Shown: positions 28,047 to 42,317 of the stretch, in pieces | Numbering within the stretch: the first letter of the stretch is position 1 | Layout of the letters: each line of letters starts with the position of its first letter | Notes under the pieces: generated by a model | Database searches by the model: none | The model's input: only the letters and a program-made list of their open reading frames with translations | What the model was told of the DNA's origin: nothing | DNA from: Octopus bimaculoides | Lineage: Eukaryota | Assembly: GCF_001194135.2 (NCBI RefSeq) | Contig: NC_068983.1 | Location: forward strand, 66,950,245 to 67,014,244 | Length of the DNA stretch: 64,000 nt | Direction of reading: 5' to 3' | Made by a program: the position numbers and the translations under genes

Positions 28047-31000
28047 ATTCTGTGTTCTAGGTGGAGCTCAGATAGAGACATTAATTATCTCCCCTCATTT
28101 AGGGCTGATAGAGTTACAAATATCTAGAAATAATTTAGGTACAGCAGTTAATATGACATCACTGTCAGCCATTTCCTCATCATTGACATCTTCATTGATT
28201 TCATGTCTATCTTCCTTGAATTAACTGCTTCAGAGCAATATTAGCATGATTCTAATATATTTGAATAAGTTGTCAGAAAATCTGATGCCATTTCATATGA
28301 AATGAAAAGAAATAAAATATTTCCTGTTTTAATCCACAACTTATTTGGAAAGAAAGAACTATAAGGTTTTATAGCATAAATTTTCTTTTTTTCTTTTTGC
28401 GATTTTGGTTGGTTTCTTTAATCTTCAACTTCATTGTGCTCTCTGTGCCTGTCACTGTACATTGGCAGTAAGATTTGAAATAATGTCAAAAGTTTTTGCA
28501 GGCTTAATGTGAAATATATGTAATCAGCTATCACTTTCGCTTGTAAATAGACCTATTCAAGTGTCTTTTTACATTTATTTCCATGAAAGTTGTCTTTGCA
28601 GTGATATTTTGTACATTGCATAAATGGATCCTACTTTTGAAAGCTTTGTCAGATTTTCAGAAACCAGAATAAAAACTATTCTTGAAAAATTCAAAATCTC
28701 ATAGATGATTATTTAGATTAGGTGGTGAAGAAATATATTCTTGTATCTCATAAGCTTGTTTTAATCTTGAATTGGAATATAACTTCATTCATTTATTTAA
28801 TATTCATAATATAGTGAAATAGAAAAAAAATTAATTTTGGGAATATGTCAGGTGATAACAGATTAAAGACTATAAACTATCTAAAACATTCCAGTTACTG
28901 AAGTAAAGAAATTTTGGTTTGATTAAGAAGTGCTATAAACCCAGTCCAAAATTATTTAAACATTATTGAAGATTATTATTATGATATGAAGAAACTTATA
29001 GTGGTCAGCATCTTTAAGCGATAATTTAGTACAAAATTCAGGCAATGGATATTGATGAGATATGAGAATATGAACTTTCTATTTAAAAGTAGGTTCTTTA
29101 CTGGAATAAAATTAGAGAAGAGTAGAAAGTGAGTCAATAGATAATAAGGAAGCAAGAGATAAAAGGAGAATGATAGAAAGTTAAACAAGAAATAAGACTA
29201 AAGATGAGGAAATCAAGACAGAAGATTGTTATGATAACTAATTGAGTAGAAAAGGGCTGAAAGTTATTCAGAAGAAAGAGGAAAAATTACTAAATAAATA
29301 AAAGTTGGTATGAAGTCAAAGGGCCAGTGGCTAGATAAATGGGAAGAAAGACTCAGAAAAGCAATACAAATGACGTATGTTATTAAATAAATGTTTCATT
29401 AAAAAAAAATAGCCACTTAAGTTACAGCAAGATATAACACTATGACTACTTTTAGCCATATTAAGTTCATTAATGTACTGATGGAATGATAATATAGAGA
29501 GTAAAATCACATACCAATCAAATTTTGACTGTTTAGGCATGGCTTCCAACACTAGCAATATTTCCTTTTGTAAGGGGTTCAAAAAGCTTTGATTGCATTG
29601 TTGTTGCAACTATCCAGTTACAGAATACATTCTCAAAGTAATTAAGTTCAAATTTCATTTTGGATTATATTATATTTATGCTGCTGCTGCTGCTGCTGTT
29701 GTTGCTGCACATCAAGATTAAGTAGACTTATTATCAAAGGTTTTTCATCTGTGACCATCTATCTTTTAGCATATAAAAAGCTACTTTACCCAATGCATTC
29801 TTTCTTTTTTAAATAGTAGAAATGTGTTCAAAGCAACAGTTATATATATATATATATATATATGCTTGCATGGAAAAATGGATGTAAATAAAAAAAAATG
29901 AAATTAACAATACATGTATACCTGCATACACATACATATATATACATGCATATACACACACAAATATACATACAAACATTCTAATTCTCTGGTAAATTAC
30001 ATTCATTGCAACTGTATTTTGGGGACTTTAACTTACATGGGGAGTGGGCACACACATCAAAAAATTACATGTATAACACTTTATCTTTGACTGATAGTAT
30101 TAAGATGTATTCATCCATTTCTCTTGTCGAAGTTTGACAAAATTGGTGGATGCAGAAAATGGTAAAGCATTTTGAGAATCTAGGTGTCTAGACGCACACA
30201 CACTGCATAAAACACTGTTAATTACAGAAATCCAGAACAATATCTGCCAAAGATAATGAGAAGTTTTAACTATGTAGATAATGGGAAATGTATGACAGTA
30301 CAACCAATAAACGTGCTGAGAAATGAAACAGTCTAGTCATAGAAAGCTAGACAATTTTACAAAGAACAAATGATTACATTGCAAAAATTTTTGTGTAGAC
30401 CAAAATCATCAAGGAATCACTTGATGACATTCTGAGAAAAGTTAGTTAACCTAAAATATTGTTTTTTGAAGAATGCAGAATACATCTTGAGCTTCATTCC
30501 TCTCAAACTTTTAAGTGTATAACAGATATCTCAGAAGCCTGTTCTAGAATTGAAAATGTAAGATTATCAGAATTTTCTCTTTATTCTCTCTAAAAATAGA
30601 AAATAATGCTGATAAAAACGTAAGCTTAACTAAAATTGGCAATTTTTCTCTTTGTGTTTGAATGCTACTTAAGTGTTCCAGTATAATGTGTCAGAATAAG
30701 TCCTTTAGTAATTTCTTTAATACATTATTCATTGGCTTTAGATCTCCATTTTTAGTTTTTAGCATTTAATTCATGTCCTTTATTACATCTTGATATAAGA
30801 AAACATAAAATTCAAGAAAATTAAATTAGCTAATATTGATTTTTTTTTCTAACTAGCTTTTGGCTATATGCTCAGCAAATCCAGTGATTTGAAAATAGTG
30901 GCAACATCCATTTAAAGAATGGCTTAACCCAGGACAGTATTGGGTTTGGTGGGAAAATAATTTTACCACACATTTACATAAAAATATACATTCACTTAAA

Positions 31001-31399
31001 AGCAATTATAACTTTTCAAATGTTATGGCTATGTTATGATACTTATAGATTTAAATTCTGGATGATACAATATTAGTTTGCTGGGATTGTGAAATAATTT
31101 AGGAAAACATTAAACTTAAACTGAAGCCAATTAAATATCTTTGTTGAATCATCAAGAATAGTGAGAAAAGAGGAATCCAAACTGAGTAAATAAAAGTGGT
31201 GTCAAACAAAAAGCTTTTCTACAGAAACAGCAACATTGTAAATATCTGTTTATTTAGCTTCTTTTTAACATGTCACAATCTATTTTTACTTAATATAATC
31301 AGCTGAGTCTGCCATAACTTACAGCTATTTATTTAATCAAATATGAAAGAATGATCAACAAGATAGTTATACTCTTTCAGAATTTGAATTTCCTCTCCA

Positions 31400-32960
31400 G
31401 TCACTTTACAGAGTGTATTGGGAGCTTTTTGTGATATCAGTACAGGTGCTTTTTACATTGTGCCAGCATGGGTACTTTTTGACACCAGCTTGAGTGCTTT
31501 TTATGTGACACTAGCATGGATGATATATCCAGCTTAAATGTCTTTTATGTGGCACCAGTACCCATAGGGTTACCAAGTAGATTGCAAAACAAGGACCTCC
31601 TAGCTGAGAGGAGTGGAATCAAGAGAAGGGCTGTATGCCAGACAAGCAGTTGGAGTACAGTAGAGAGACAGGGATAGTTATCATACAACAGAGGAGATGC
31701 TTTGTTATTCCAGTTGGACAAGGAATGAGAGGGAAGTAGATGAGAGTTAGTGAGAAAGATAGAGACAGTCAGAGGCCTACCAACAGGGAACAGTGTGTGT
31801 GTGTGGGGGGGGAGTATTAGTAGTAGAGGGGGATGTTCTATAAGACTACAAAGGGAGATATTTAGAGAAGCAAGTGATAGTAATAGGAACTGGAATGTCT
31901 GGGAAGCAGGTATAGTAGATATGTAAAGGCAGAGGAGTGTGAAGACAGGGTTATGAGGGAGAGTGGAGGGGGCCTGCGGTAGGTGATGAGGGTGTTTAGA
32001 AGATGAGTTGTGGGGGAATTTTGTCAGAAGATAGAATTGTATGAGGAGAAGAGCAGGGTATGGCTGTAAATGACATACTTATATGTAAGATGGTTGTGAT
32101 TTTACTTAGTTTGACTTACCTTCTTAAGCTCAGCAAATCACTGGAAGTCTTGATCCCTTGTCATCTCTTCTATGAGGCTCAACATCTGAAGATCACTTCT
32201 CATCACTTTGTCCTACATCTTCCTTAGTCAACCCCTTCAACAGATTTCCTCCACACAAAGAGATTGGCACTTCTTTATACAGCTGTCCTCATCCATATGC
32301 ATCACATGATCATACCAGCACAGTCTTCTCTCTTGCACACTACATCTTATGCTTCTTATACCCAGTTTTTCTTTTATATCATTTACACTTTGTTATGTAT
32401 GCACACTGACATTAACCATCCAGCAGAGCATGCTAGGTTCATTTATTTTAAGCTTTTTCATGTCTATACATTCTTATGTACATCTGCCATACAGAAAGTT
32501 TACTTTCCCTGTTAACCAACCTTCTTGTGATACTGCTGCACCTCTTATATGACCAAAGCTTGCACTGAGTACACTGTATGGAGTTTCCATCAGCACTTTC
32601 TACATATCAAGCAGGGTCGTCTCCCCGAAGGCATTAGTGATTTGTCTGTTTTCTTACTTATTATAACTCAGGTCTTTGCTAGATTAACTCTCAGACCCTT
32701 TGATTCCAGACTTTACTGCCACACCTGAAATTTCTTCTCTAGTTTGAGTAGTGATTCAGCATTAAGAACAAGGTCATCAGTGTGCAGGAGCTCCCAAGGG
32801 CAGCCAGGCTTAAATTTCTTTGTTATGGTCTGGAGGACTATGATAAACAAGAGGGGGCTGATAATTGATCCTTGGGGAACTCTTACCTGTACACTGAATT
32901 CATGGCTGATCTGAGATAAATGACTACATGGAAGAGTCATTGTAGAAGCTTTGCTTTTCA
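31400..32960 (-). mobile_element. RTE-type LINE, 5'-truncated, decayed (RT, C-terminus, 3' UTR)
   Basis: FSVQVRVPQGSIISPLLFIIVLQTITKKFKPGCPWELLHTDDLVLNAESL (RT QG..SPLLF and YADD-type motifs), then GLRVNLAKT and a Cys-rich segment. Confidence 0.88.
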
Positions 32961-34049
32961 TTAATGCTATTAAAGCTTAAATTTTATTGTATCAGGATTT
33001 TAGATTTTTGCAGAATGTCTTTATATTCAATTTAGATTATCAGTTTATATAAAAATTGTATTCAGAATGTTAATTATGGTTATTACATCTCCAACTGGGA
33101 GTAAGTATGTGCATGTAGTTGTATCTGTGTGTAATAGGTCTGCATGATTTTAACACAGTAAACTTAGCAGTCATTGTTATACAGACAAAAAGATTATTTC
33201 ACTTAATGTTCATAAATTTTAAAAGAACACTTTTTACTAAAATCATTTGTGACTTATATCCTGCATTATATGTCAACCATTCACAAATGGATAGCCGTAT
33301 ATGTGAAGAAAGAAAAGCTTGCAGACATTAGTAAACTTCTGAGGGATTTTCTAGAGTGAAAAAAGTTTGTATCAAAAGCTACTCACACAATACATCAATA
33401 ATTATATTGTATCAGTTAGTTTTCTCGTCCTATTTGTATCAACTTATTGGGTACTTTGTAAAATGTGTCATTTCCACTGAACATGATGTTTCTCCTACTG
33501 AGAAGAGAAAAAAAATTGTCAGAAAAACTCAATAATGATGGAATATCAGATCATGAAAAGCAATATTGGGTTTTGTTCTTTCTTTTTTGCATATTTGATG
33601 TACATTGAGAAAACATAAAAATTCTAAGTTGCTAAATGTTAATTAAGTTTCTTCTAAACAGTTTAAAGGAAATAATAATGACTTTTGATTTTATAGCTAG
33701 AAAAAAAAGTGATCAATAAGCAAAACCAAAATGGTTCTGATACTGAGGAACTGTGGTTGGGCAGTATATTAGTGTAGTTTAATATACTAGGCTCAGCTTT
33801 CCTAAACATTTATCTCATTTGCGTAACACTGATCAGTGTCATTCAGATTATTTAATTTCTTTCAGTTTTACATATGAAACCAGAACTGAATAACACATAT
33901 AAATAAAATTATATTGAAATAATAAAAGGAATTCTTTGTCAAGATCATAAAGATATCTCAAGAATTTTTCAAATATTATTAGTGCTGGCGAGCATAAAGG
34001 AGTATAATTGTTGAAGATGCCTGGAAGATTACTGTTACTGATGATGAAC

Positions 34050-35220
34050 TCGATTTCAGAGCATCTTAATATTTGACAACATTAGCCAGTGAGGTAGCAT
34101 AAATATGGAAGCTAATTAGATTAGATGAGATGCAGTTTAGGTTTATTTGAGGATAAAATACCACTGAAGCCTTTTTCCTGCTGAGCTAACTACAGTGATG
34201 ATGAAGCTAAATCTATTAAAATTTAGAGAATAATATTCAAACATGGATTCAAAGTCTAGAATCAAGAGGACTCAAAGTAAGCCAAGAAAATGCTGATGTC
34301 TTTCCAGAAATTAGGACAAAATTCTTCTGCCAAATGGGATTGATCATCCTCAATAAGGAAAAATGAGTAGGTTGGAATTCCATATGGTATGCCCAATGTA
34401 AACTATAGGCAGACAGGAGGAGTAGAGGGATTAACAGCAGGGTCTATAAGAGGAGAGTTCTGGTGGTAAAGGGTCCAGGAGACCAAAGAGGAACCCATGA
34501 ATATCTAAAAAACAATCCTCACAGTGTCTCTGAATTTCCAGAGGACTCCTACTCCTGAGGTCCCAAAACAACCTTATTCTGCTTTGCTAAATATCTTTGA
34601 GAGGCCCTGATCACAAGATATGAAAGAAGAAAAGACTTTGTTTGTGGTAGATACGTTGGACAAGTTGGCAGTAAGAGCACCCAGAAAACAAATTCTTTAA
34701 AATTCTTAGAAGGCTTCATAGAAATAATCCACAACTTTTGTTGCTTAGTTCACCTGGGTTCTAGTGGTGGAGTAAGTGCACTAAAATCATAATAACCAAA
34801 GTAAAACAGAGTGAGAAAGTTATTACTTCTGCTGACAAAAGAAAAAATTAATTTCTCTGTGAATGAAGGATAGACTGTATGATGCTTGTGTATGAAGTGT
34901 GATGTTTCATGGTAGTGAAGAAATGGAAATTGAATGCAGAGTATGTGCAAAGGCTGGTAAAAAGATGTACAATGTTATTGGGCATAAGTAAAGAACACAA
35001 ATGAGCCAAGAGGAAAACTGGGTATGAGAGTAATCAAATGCTGTGTGCAGTTGAGATAGCCAAACTGATACAAATATATGATGTGTAAGAAGGATGAGAG
35101 TTTGGTACAGAAATTCGAAGAGATCCAAATGGAAGGAGCCTGAGGAAGACATGGATAGAAGTGGTAAAAGCAGATCTCAGGATGCTGAACATCATGGCAG
35201 AGATGATATGTGACTGAAAC
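34050..35220 (+). mobile_element. Old RTE-type LINE relic
   Basis: LDEMQFRF..NTTEAFFLL, WIQSLESRGLKVS and MKDRLYDACV.SVMFHGSE fragments with many stops. Confidence 0.7.
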
Positions 35221-35320
35221 AAGTAGTGGCATCTAGCATTAGAGAAAATTTACCCAATCCAGGCAATTATGGAAACATGGAAGCAAAAACAGTGATGATG
35301 ATGGTATTTGTATGTTTGTA

Positions 35321-35355
<35 letters not shown>

Positions 35356-35540
35356 NNNNNNNNNNAAGGGAGGCAGGCAGGCAGGCACATAGGAAGGTAA
35401 AAAGGTCTATATGTTTGTCTTTCAGTCTTACTTTCTTTCAAAAGACAATATTGGCTACTGTATAGAAATAATTCATTTCAAGTTTAGTCTTTACAATTTC
35501 CATGGATTTCTAAAGATTGCCTTGATATTGATTACAGTTT

Positions 35541-35600
35541 AAACTGACCTTTAAAGGTCACTACCTATCAGAGAAAATATAACATAAACTGACCTTTAAA
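35541..35600. promoter_or_regulatory. Cluster of three AAAGGTCA/TGACCTTT nuclear-receptor-type half sites
   Basis: Palindrome TGACCTTTAAAGGTCA at 35545-35560; 15-bp direct repeat at 35541-35555 and 35586-35600. Confidence 0.25.
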
Positions 35601-36084
35601 ACATTGTTTAGTAATCATGTTGCTAGTAATAATGACTTGGATGACAGTTTCAATAAGACAAACTTTCCTTTTGTATAAGATCCTAGTCTATAACAAATTA
35701 TCTTTCTGCAGAAGATAAACAGAACTAAATACAGCTGGATCTTGTGGAATTCTTGAAGTTTTGTTGTATTTGAATATAAAAATTAAAAAGAAAGAGTACT
35801 GAAATCTACAACAGAGCAGAATACAAAGAAAATGCATTTGATATTTTGCTTTCAGTAAGCTCTAGTCATAAAATAAAGGAATTTAATATGAATATTAACT
35901 GAAAGTAATAGCAAAACTACCAAGTTGCAGAAACTCAGGATGCAGTGAAAGATGGATATGGTATTCAAATCAGCTTATGTGACTATCTAAAAGTTCATGT
36001 CTCTTTATGTTTTTGAGGTATTAAAATGTTTCATGATCACATCTTTAAATACAATTTCCCAGTATTCTTCTTGAAATAATTAGC

Positions 36085-37240
36085 AGGAGTGTTGAACCAA
36101 ATGTAATGCATAAGTGGGCATAACTTTTTCATTAAATGATCTATGTCATTCAAATTGCACATGATTGTAAGGTAATCCTTCCTCTATACAAAGAAAATAC
36201 TCAATGTACTCTCTATCACAACTGATGCATTTATGCTGTTCCTGAACCCTACTCTCAAATCTTCTCTGGAAAAAATAATGGAGTGCAATGTCACACCTAT
36301 GCTATACTTAGTTCTTCACAGCTACTTTTACTAATTTGTTTCATCAAATTGTTACTGCCAAAAACTGCCCTTCATTTGTTGGACTGAACAGGTGAAAATC
36401 TGAGGGATCCAGATCCAGACTGTACAGTAGATGGGTGACTACTAACCAATTTGTTAATTGCTTGATTTGTGCTAAAGATGTGTATGGTTGTGTGTGGTCA
36501 TGCATTGTCATTGTAAACATGGATTGTTTTCTGATTCTTGTTCAGTCTCTTCCTCCTAATAATGTCTCTAAACTTTTTGAGTGTTTCAATGTACCACTGG
36601 CTGTTCACAACAGTATGACATTCCAGAATACCAAGGAGAATGATCCCCCCCACCACCACCACCACCACACAAAGAATCATCATGATATGCTAATCACTAG
36701 CCCTTGAACTTCTTAAACTTTGGAGAAGAGCTGTGACATCATTCCATGGACTGAGCCTTCATAACGATATGTCCAAGTTTCATCTTTGGTCACCTTATTG
36801 GCAAAAAAATGTCTTCATCAGTTTCAAATGCTTCCAGCAGATCAGAGCAGACTTCAATTCTTCCTTCATTCAAAGTAATTATCAACTGTTGTGGTATCCA
36901 AAGTTTTCCACCATCTTTTGTAATGTGTTATGACCATAGTCCAGATGTACAGCAAGCTCATGGACTGTGATTCATCTGTCCACATGGATTGATTCAACCA
37001 CTTGCTAGCAGTTCACATCACTAGTTGTGGTTGATGGTCCCCCACTCTGTGATTTGTCTTCAATATTGGTTTCCACTTCTTTAAACTTCTTCATCTATCT
37101 GTACACATTGGTTTTATCAATGGTATTATCTCTATATATGACCTGTAGCCTTTTATAAATGCTGGACAGTCTAGTCCTTCCTTCATCAAGAACTCAATGA
37201 CAACTCATTATTTTTGTTAAGAAACCATTATTTACCTTCA
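36085..37240 (-). mobile_element. Near full-length mariner relic
   Basis: Minus strand VVIEFLMKEG (N-terminal HTH), TVVNSQWYIETLKKFRDIIRRKR...HVYNDNA*PHT and DLDPSDFHLF; multiple stops and frameshifts. Confidence 0.88.
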
Positions 37241-37399
37241 ATAAACAAAATCAAGAAGGAAAATTACTATAATGGAAGAGTTATTTTAATACATGCAATT
37301 TAAATTACCTATGTCAGTTAATAAATATGCTATTCTTGTTTTCAAATGGCTTTTGGTACAACCTTTATGAACATCCAGGATGTGATAGCTTGAAAGGGC

Positions 37400-37562
37400 T
37401 TCTCTAGCACTCTGGCTGGTATTCATAACAGCTGAATGAATTTGAGCAAGATGGAATGAAGTGCCTTGCTCAAGGACAAAATGTGTTACCACCCTGTTCA
37501 GGAATTGAATCCACAATCATATGCTTATGAACCAAACTCCCTAATTATGAAGCCTCTCACTT
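37400..37562 (-). mobile_element. SINE head and core (family B-like)
   Basis: Minus: ggattcaattcc B box then tgtccttgagcaaggcacttc core. Confidence 0.65.
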
Positions 37563-38239
37563 TTACGGAGTGGGGATGATATATTTGATTAAAATTGTTT
37601 AAAGGTGGTGCTCTAGCATCACTGCAGTCCAATGACTGAAACCAGTAAAAGAATGAAAGAGTATGCTGCCTTTACTTTATATTTTCAACTGGCAATTAGA
37701 TAATGAAATTACAATTCTGTTGGGTATTTGATTCTGCAGTATCAAAGCTTAGAAGATACTTTATGCTTCTGCATTTGAAGAGATTGGCAAGAGAATTATT
37801 ATTCACGTGTCTCTTGCAGCAGCATATAGTTCCCTGTGCTCTAACATAGTCGCATACAAAATTGCTAGTTCTGTTGATAGACTTAAATTCATCATAATTT
37901 CTACAAGTAGCTTGTAAATGCATCTTCCAAAACTAAAGAAAGTATTCACAATTAAGGATAAAAGCTGCTGATTATTCAATAAATGAAGGCTGGCACAGAT
38001 CATATTGCTAAAATCCTGTGGTGTACCTGAATATGAAAAGATGGTTGAACAAGTACAAATATGTACTTAGAGAAACCTCTAAACTAAATGCTTGGTTATT
38101 CTATTTAGTCAGTTCTGGATCAAATGAATCTAGTCTATTGAGAACTTTAGCAGTTGTCATGTGTTATTAAAAGCAGAGTTGTTTTGCTGATATATATAAT
38201 GCTCTCAGTACAATAGAATAGGTACTAAGCAATCAATCA

Positions 38240-38286
<47 letters not shown>

Positions 38287-39859
38287 GATGCACATGTGTT
38301 GAATGTATCAATCTTATGCATACAATCCTTAATCCATGTGGTGCTTTATATTGTCTGTGATATTGCCCTTAATTTAAATTTACAGTAAATGCTGACTTCT
38401 TGTGTTCTGACAGTAACACCTGCAACAATCCTAGTTCAGTCTTTACTTTGCCCTTGGACAACATTGGTTATGGAGAAGGGAAACTTGCCCAATCCTGTGC
38501 TTTGGAGAGAAAGTTTCCAGCTGTTGATCTATAGTCTCACAAGACATACAGAGGCCCTGGATATAGATATTCTTTTGGTATTTTTACTAATCCGGTACTT
38601 TAGCCATTAGTTAATGGATTCATGCATTATCATAGTTTAATTACTCATATTACTAGGGAATATTTTGTAAACTAAAACTGTTTAAGAGATGGACTACGTG
38701 GATATATTTCAATGCAAGAACAGTTTTAGTTGGTCTTCAGAATATCATTTCCCCCCTCTTGCCTCAGTCTATTAAACTTAATAATATAGGCTTATCTATG
38801 ATGATAACACATACACATAAACATATGTACTCTCATAATAGTATTGATATATTCATTTAATAATGTAAAAATATGTGATGCTGTGTATGTCTGCTTTATA
38901 CAGTATATAAACATAGATATGAATGTAAAGTTTTATAAGGAGTATTTGCATTTCCACTGTATATTCTGTATAATGTTATTTAATAACCTTTTACATTTTT
39001 TCATAGTATTCAGTAAAGAGCTTCATATGTTTATAATAAAAAAAAGATTGTGTTTCTATAAACAGATATATATTAATATAGACTAATGTATCTTTAAACT
39101 CTTGACTTGATACACACATTTTCAAATATGCTATTTTTTCTGTAACTGCATGTATATTTAATGTGCACCTTTAGCACATAGTCTGTCAGAGATAATGGCA
39201 TTGATCTATGATGATTGATATATAAGAATATTTCTATATCAATAGAGGGTTTTTTTCTTTTTCTTTTTGAAAAAGAAAATAGAAAATCTATTTTATTCCC
39301 CGGCTGACACATTAGTGCCTACTCTTTATTTTTTTTCTCCTCTTTTCCTTTCTGTGTGAGTTTAATCAAAATAGTGTTTAGCAAGTCACAGACTTTGATT
39401 ATTGGTAGAGAGACCTTGCCAGTTTGGGCTTTCAACATTATGTGAAAGATACGTCAAAGTGTCTATTTTAATATCAGCAGATCACAACTTAATAGCATTG
39501 CTAATGGCAGAGCAGATAGAGGTACAAAAGCTTAGAATTACCATTAGTGTTTTCAAATATTCACACTACTGCACCCATCACAACCATGGTTAAAATATAG
39601 AACAGCAATTTCAGTGGCAGTAATAAAAACAACCAGTCTATGTCTTGCTTGTTCTACTAGAAATAGTAGCCAAATCATCTTCAAATTACAGCCTACATCA
39701 TTATGACACATTAAATAATGTAGTGGTAGATACCTGTAAACAAATGATATGGTCATCGCTTGAATACTTTTCATCATAAGTCTGCTTGATAAAGAACTAA
39801 AGAACAATCATCTTATTATTCAATATAATGTATTTGTCCATCTTTCTTTAATATTGGTT

Positions 39860-40278
39860 TCTGATTTTGACACAATGCTAGCAATTTTCGAGGAGGGCTA
39901 AGTCAATTACATCATCTCCAGTGTTCAACTGGTACTTTTTTTTTTGTTTTGTTAATCCCAAAAGGATAAAAAGCAGAGTCGACCTTGGTGGAATTTGAAC
40001 TCAGATCGTAAAAGCAGATGAAATAGCTCTAAGCATTTCGCCTGGCATGCTAACAATTCTGCCAACTCATCACCTTTGGTTTCAAGTTTTGGCACAAGGC
40101 CAGCAATTTTAGGGGAGGAGTATGTCAATTACATTGATCCTAGTTAACTTATTGACTTATTTTATCAACCCCAAAAGGATAAAAGGTAAAATCAACTTCA
40201 GCAGAATTTGAACTCAGAATATAGACAGATGAAATACCATTAAGCATTCTGTCTGGCATATGCCAGATCACTACCTTT
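39860..40278 (-). mobile_element. Two adjacent SINE-C copies, head to tail
   Basis: 39860-40076 and 40080-40278 each align to 23472-23672. Confidence 0.8.
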
Positions 40279-40494
40279 AATTTTTCTTTACTATTGTAGT
40301 GTATTTGGTCAGATTATTTGAGAGGTTTGGTTTCATTAATTCATATCCAATTTTTATTAACTTAAATAATAACTAACTTGCATTGTTATATATTGTTATA
40401 CACATAAACACTTTTGAATGTTTTTGTAAGAAACTTACATCCTAAGTTATCTTCTTTATCCACCTCTCTCTTCAATGGGGTTGGGAAAAGGCTG

Positions 40495-40670
40495 GCTCAT
40501 GTGATCTTATTTAGGGGCTCTGATTGGTTATATGCTACATATTGGTGTGACAGAGTAAGAAACAAATTGCACCAATACCAACCAATCAGAGTAGTGGACA
40601 CAACAGGGTCCAAATAGTGGCTAAAGGCTAGCTGTTATCTGCTATGTTTGAATGCTCGTATATATAATAA
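40495..40670 (+). promoter_or_regulatory. Promoter-like module: TCATGTGA, four CCAAT boxes, TATA
   Basis: TCATGTGA at 40497-40504; ATTGG at 40523 and 40541; CCAAT at 40572 and 40582; TATATATAA at 40659-40667. Confidence 0.35.
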
Positions 40671-41455
40671 AGGGGAGAGGAATTTCGCTCAAGTGTATGC
40701 TACAGAACCATAACTCTGGATATACTATGTTATCAACTAGTTGAAGTCCATATTAAACAGTCTAACAAACAGTAATTATATCTGGACATGTACATTCTTC
40801 AATTGCTAAAATTTAAATTTGTGTGTATGTGAATATAAATACAAGCAAACAAATATTTGTTTGTATGTATTCATTTTACTGAACAAATAATATAAGGAGG
40901 TATTATTGAAAACTCACTGCAATGAAGCACTAATATTTGTGTTATTTACGCATACATGATGAGTTGTTGGAAAATATGAATGACTTAAGTCTACCTAATC
41001 ATGTATGTCACCGCCACCATCATTTTATGTTCATTTTATGATGACACTAATAATATATTTGTGTGTTTATTAGCATGCATACATATGGCAATAAGTCTGT
41101 ATTCAACAAATATGTATTGATTTCTCAGTTCAGAAATTGAAAAGTTTTACACCAGATATGATATACTGTCCAAACAATTCATGTTCAGTTTTGTAGAGCC
41201 ATGAAATCTATGCCAGTGAAAGGGCAAAAGACGTAAAAATCCTTTCAAAAAGTTATAAAGAAAACTTGTATTGTTGTCCTCTTAAGCCAAGGTTCATTCA
41301 GTGAAGAAACTAATCAGTTTGTCAGCTGTAAACAAATGCACTGAGAAATATTAAAAGTATAGAAATGAAAAGTAAGAATGTATCTGGATATCTACTGTTA
41401 TAAGCTTGTTTTCTTTTGTGAAGAACACATGTATACACATTCACTCACATTACAT

Positions 41456-41507
<52 letters not shown>

Positions 41508-42317
41508 ACACACTCACACATGTGTGTATATATATATATATAAATTATTAATTATTTATATATATATTAAAATTATCTCCACCTTTGCATTGTGTTTCAT
41601 AATTGCCAAATGCCAATTAAGACCAGCTCCATATGAGAAGGGGAGCTAATTTCAAAAATTCTCTAAAGTTGACATGCCAATTAGAAAAATGACAGGTCTA
41701 TTGCCTAGAGATAAAGAGGAGATCCAAGGGTACATTTTTCTGTCTCAATATGTGTCATGAGCACAACAGTTGTTCTACTTTATCTTCACTAGGCAAGGTT
41801 CACAGACATACAAAAAAAGAGAACACATTTATGGCTTAGGTAATTTATGTAAATTAAACAAAATATGCCTAAGAGAAATAATTCTGAGCAGCCAGTGGTA
41901 TGTATTTGAACAACATAAACAATTACTGGTATATCATACACCATACCAAGTAAATTCTCCATTAATTAAAATTATATCTCTCTTGAGGAGGTGCCATAAT
42001 TATCAAATAGCAAATGAAACTAGCACCATATGTGTAGGGTAGATAATCTCAACAATCAAGAATCCTCCAAATTTGATATGCTGTCAAGGAAAAGAACTCG
42101 CTTATTGTCTGAAGAAGGCAATAAGCTTCTTTTACTGAAGTGTGCGAAAGAAAGAGAGGAACAACTCCTCATAATCCATAAATTTCTAAAGTGATATAGG
42201 TTTCCTATAAGTCTCCAGTACTTCCTTAAACTAAACTTTGATAATTTTCTCTGCAAATCCTATTTTAAATTATTTCAAACTATTGGCATGCAGACTATAT
42301 CAAAGATCATTACTTAC

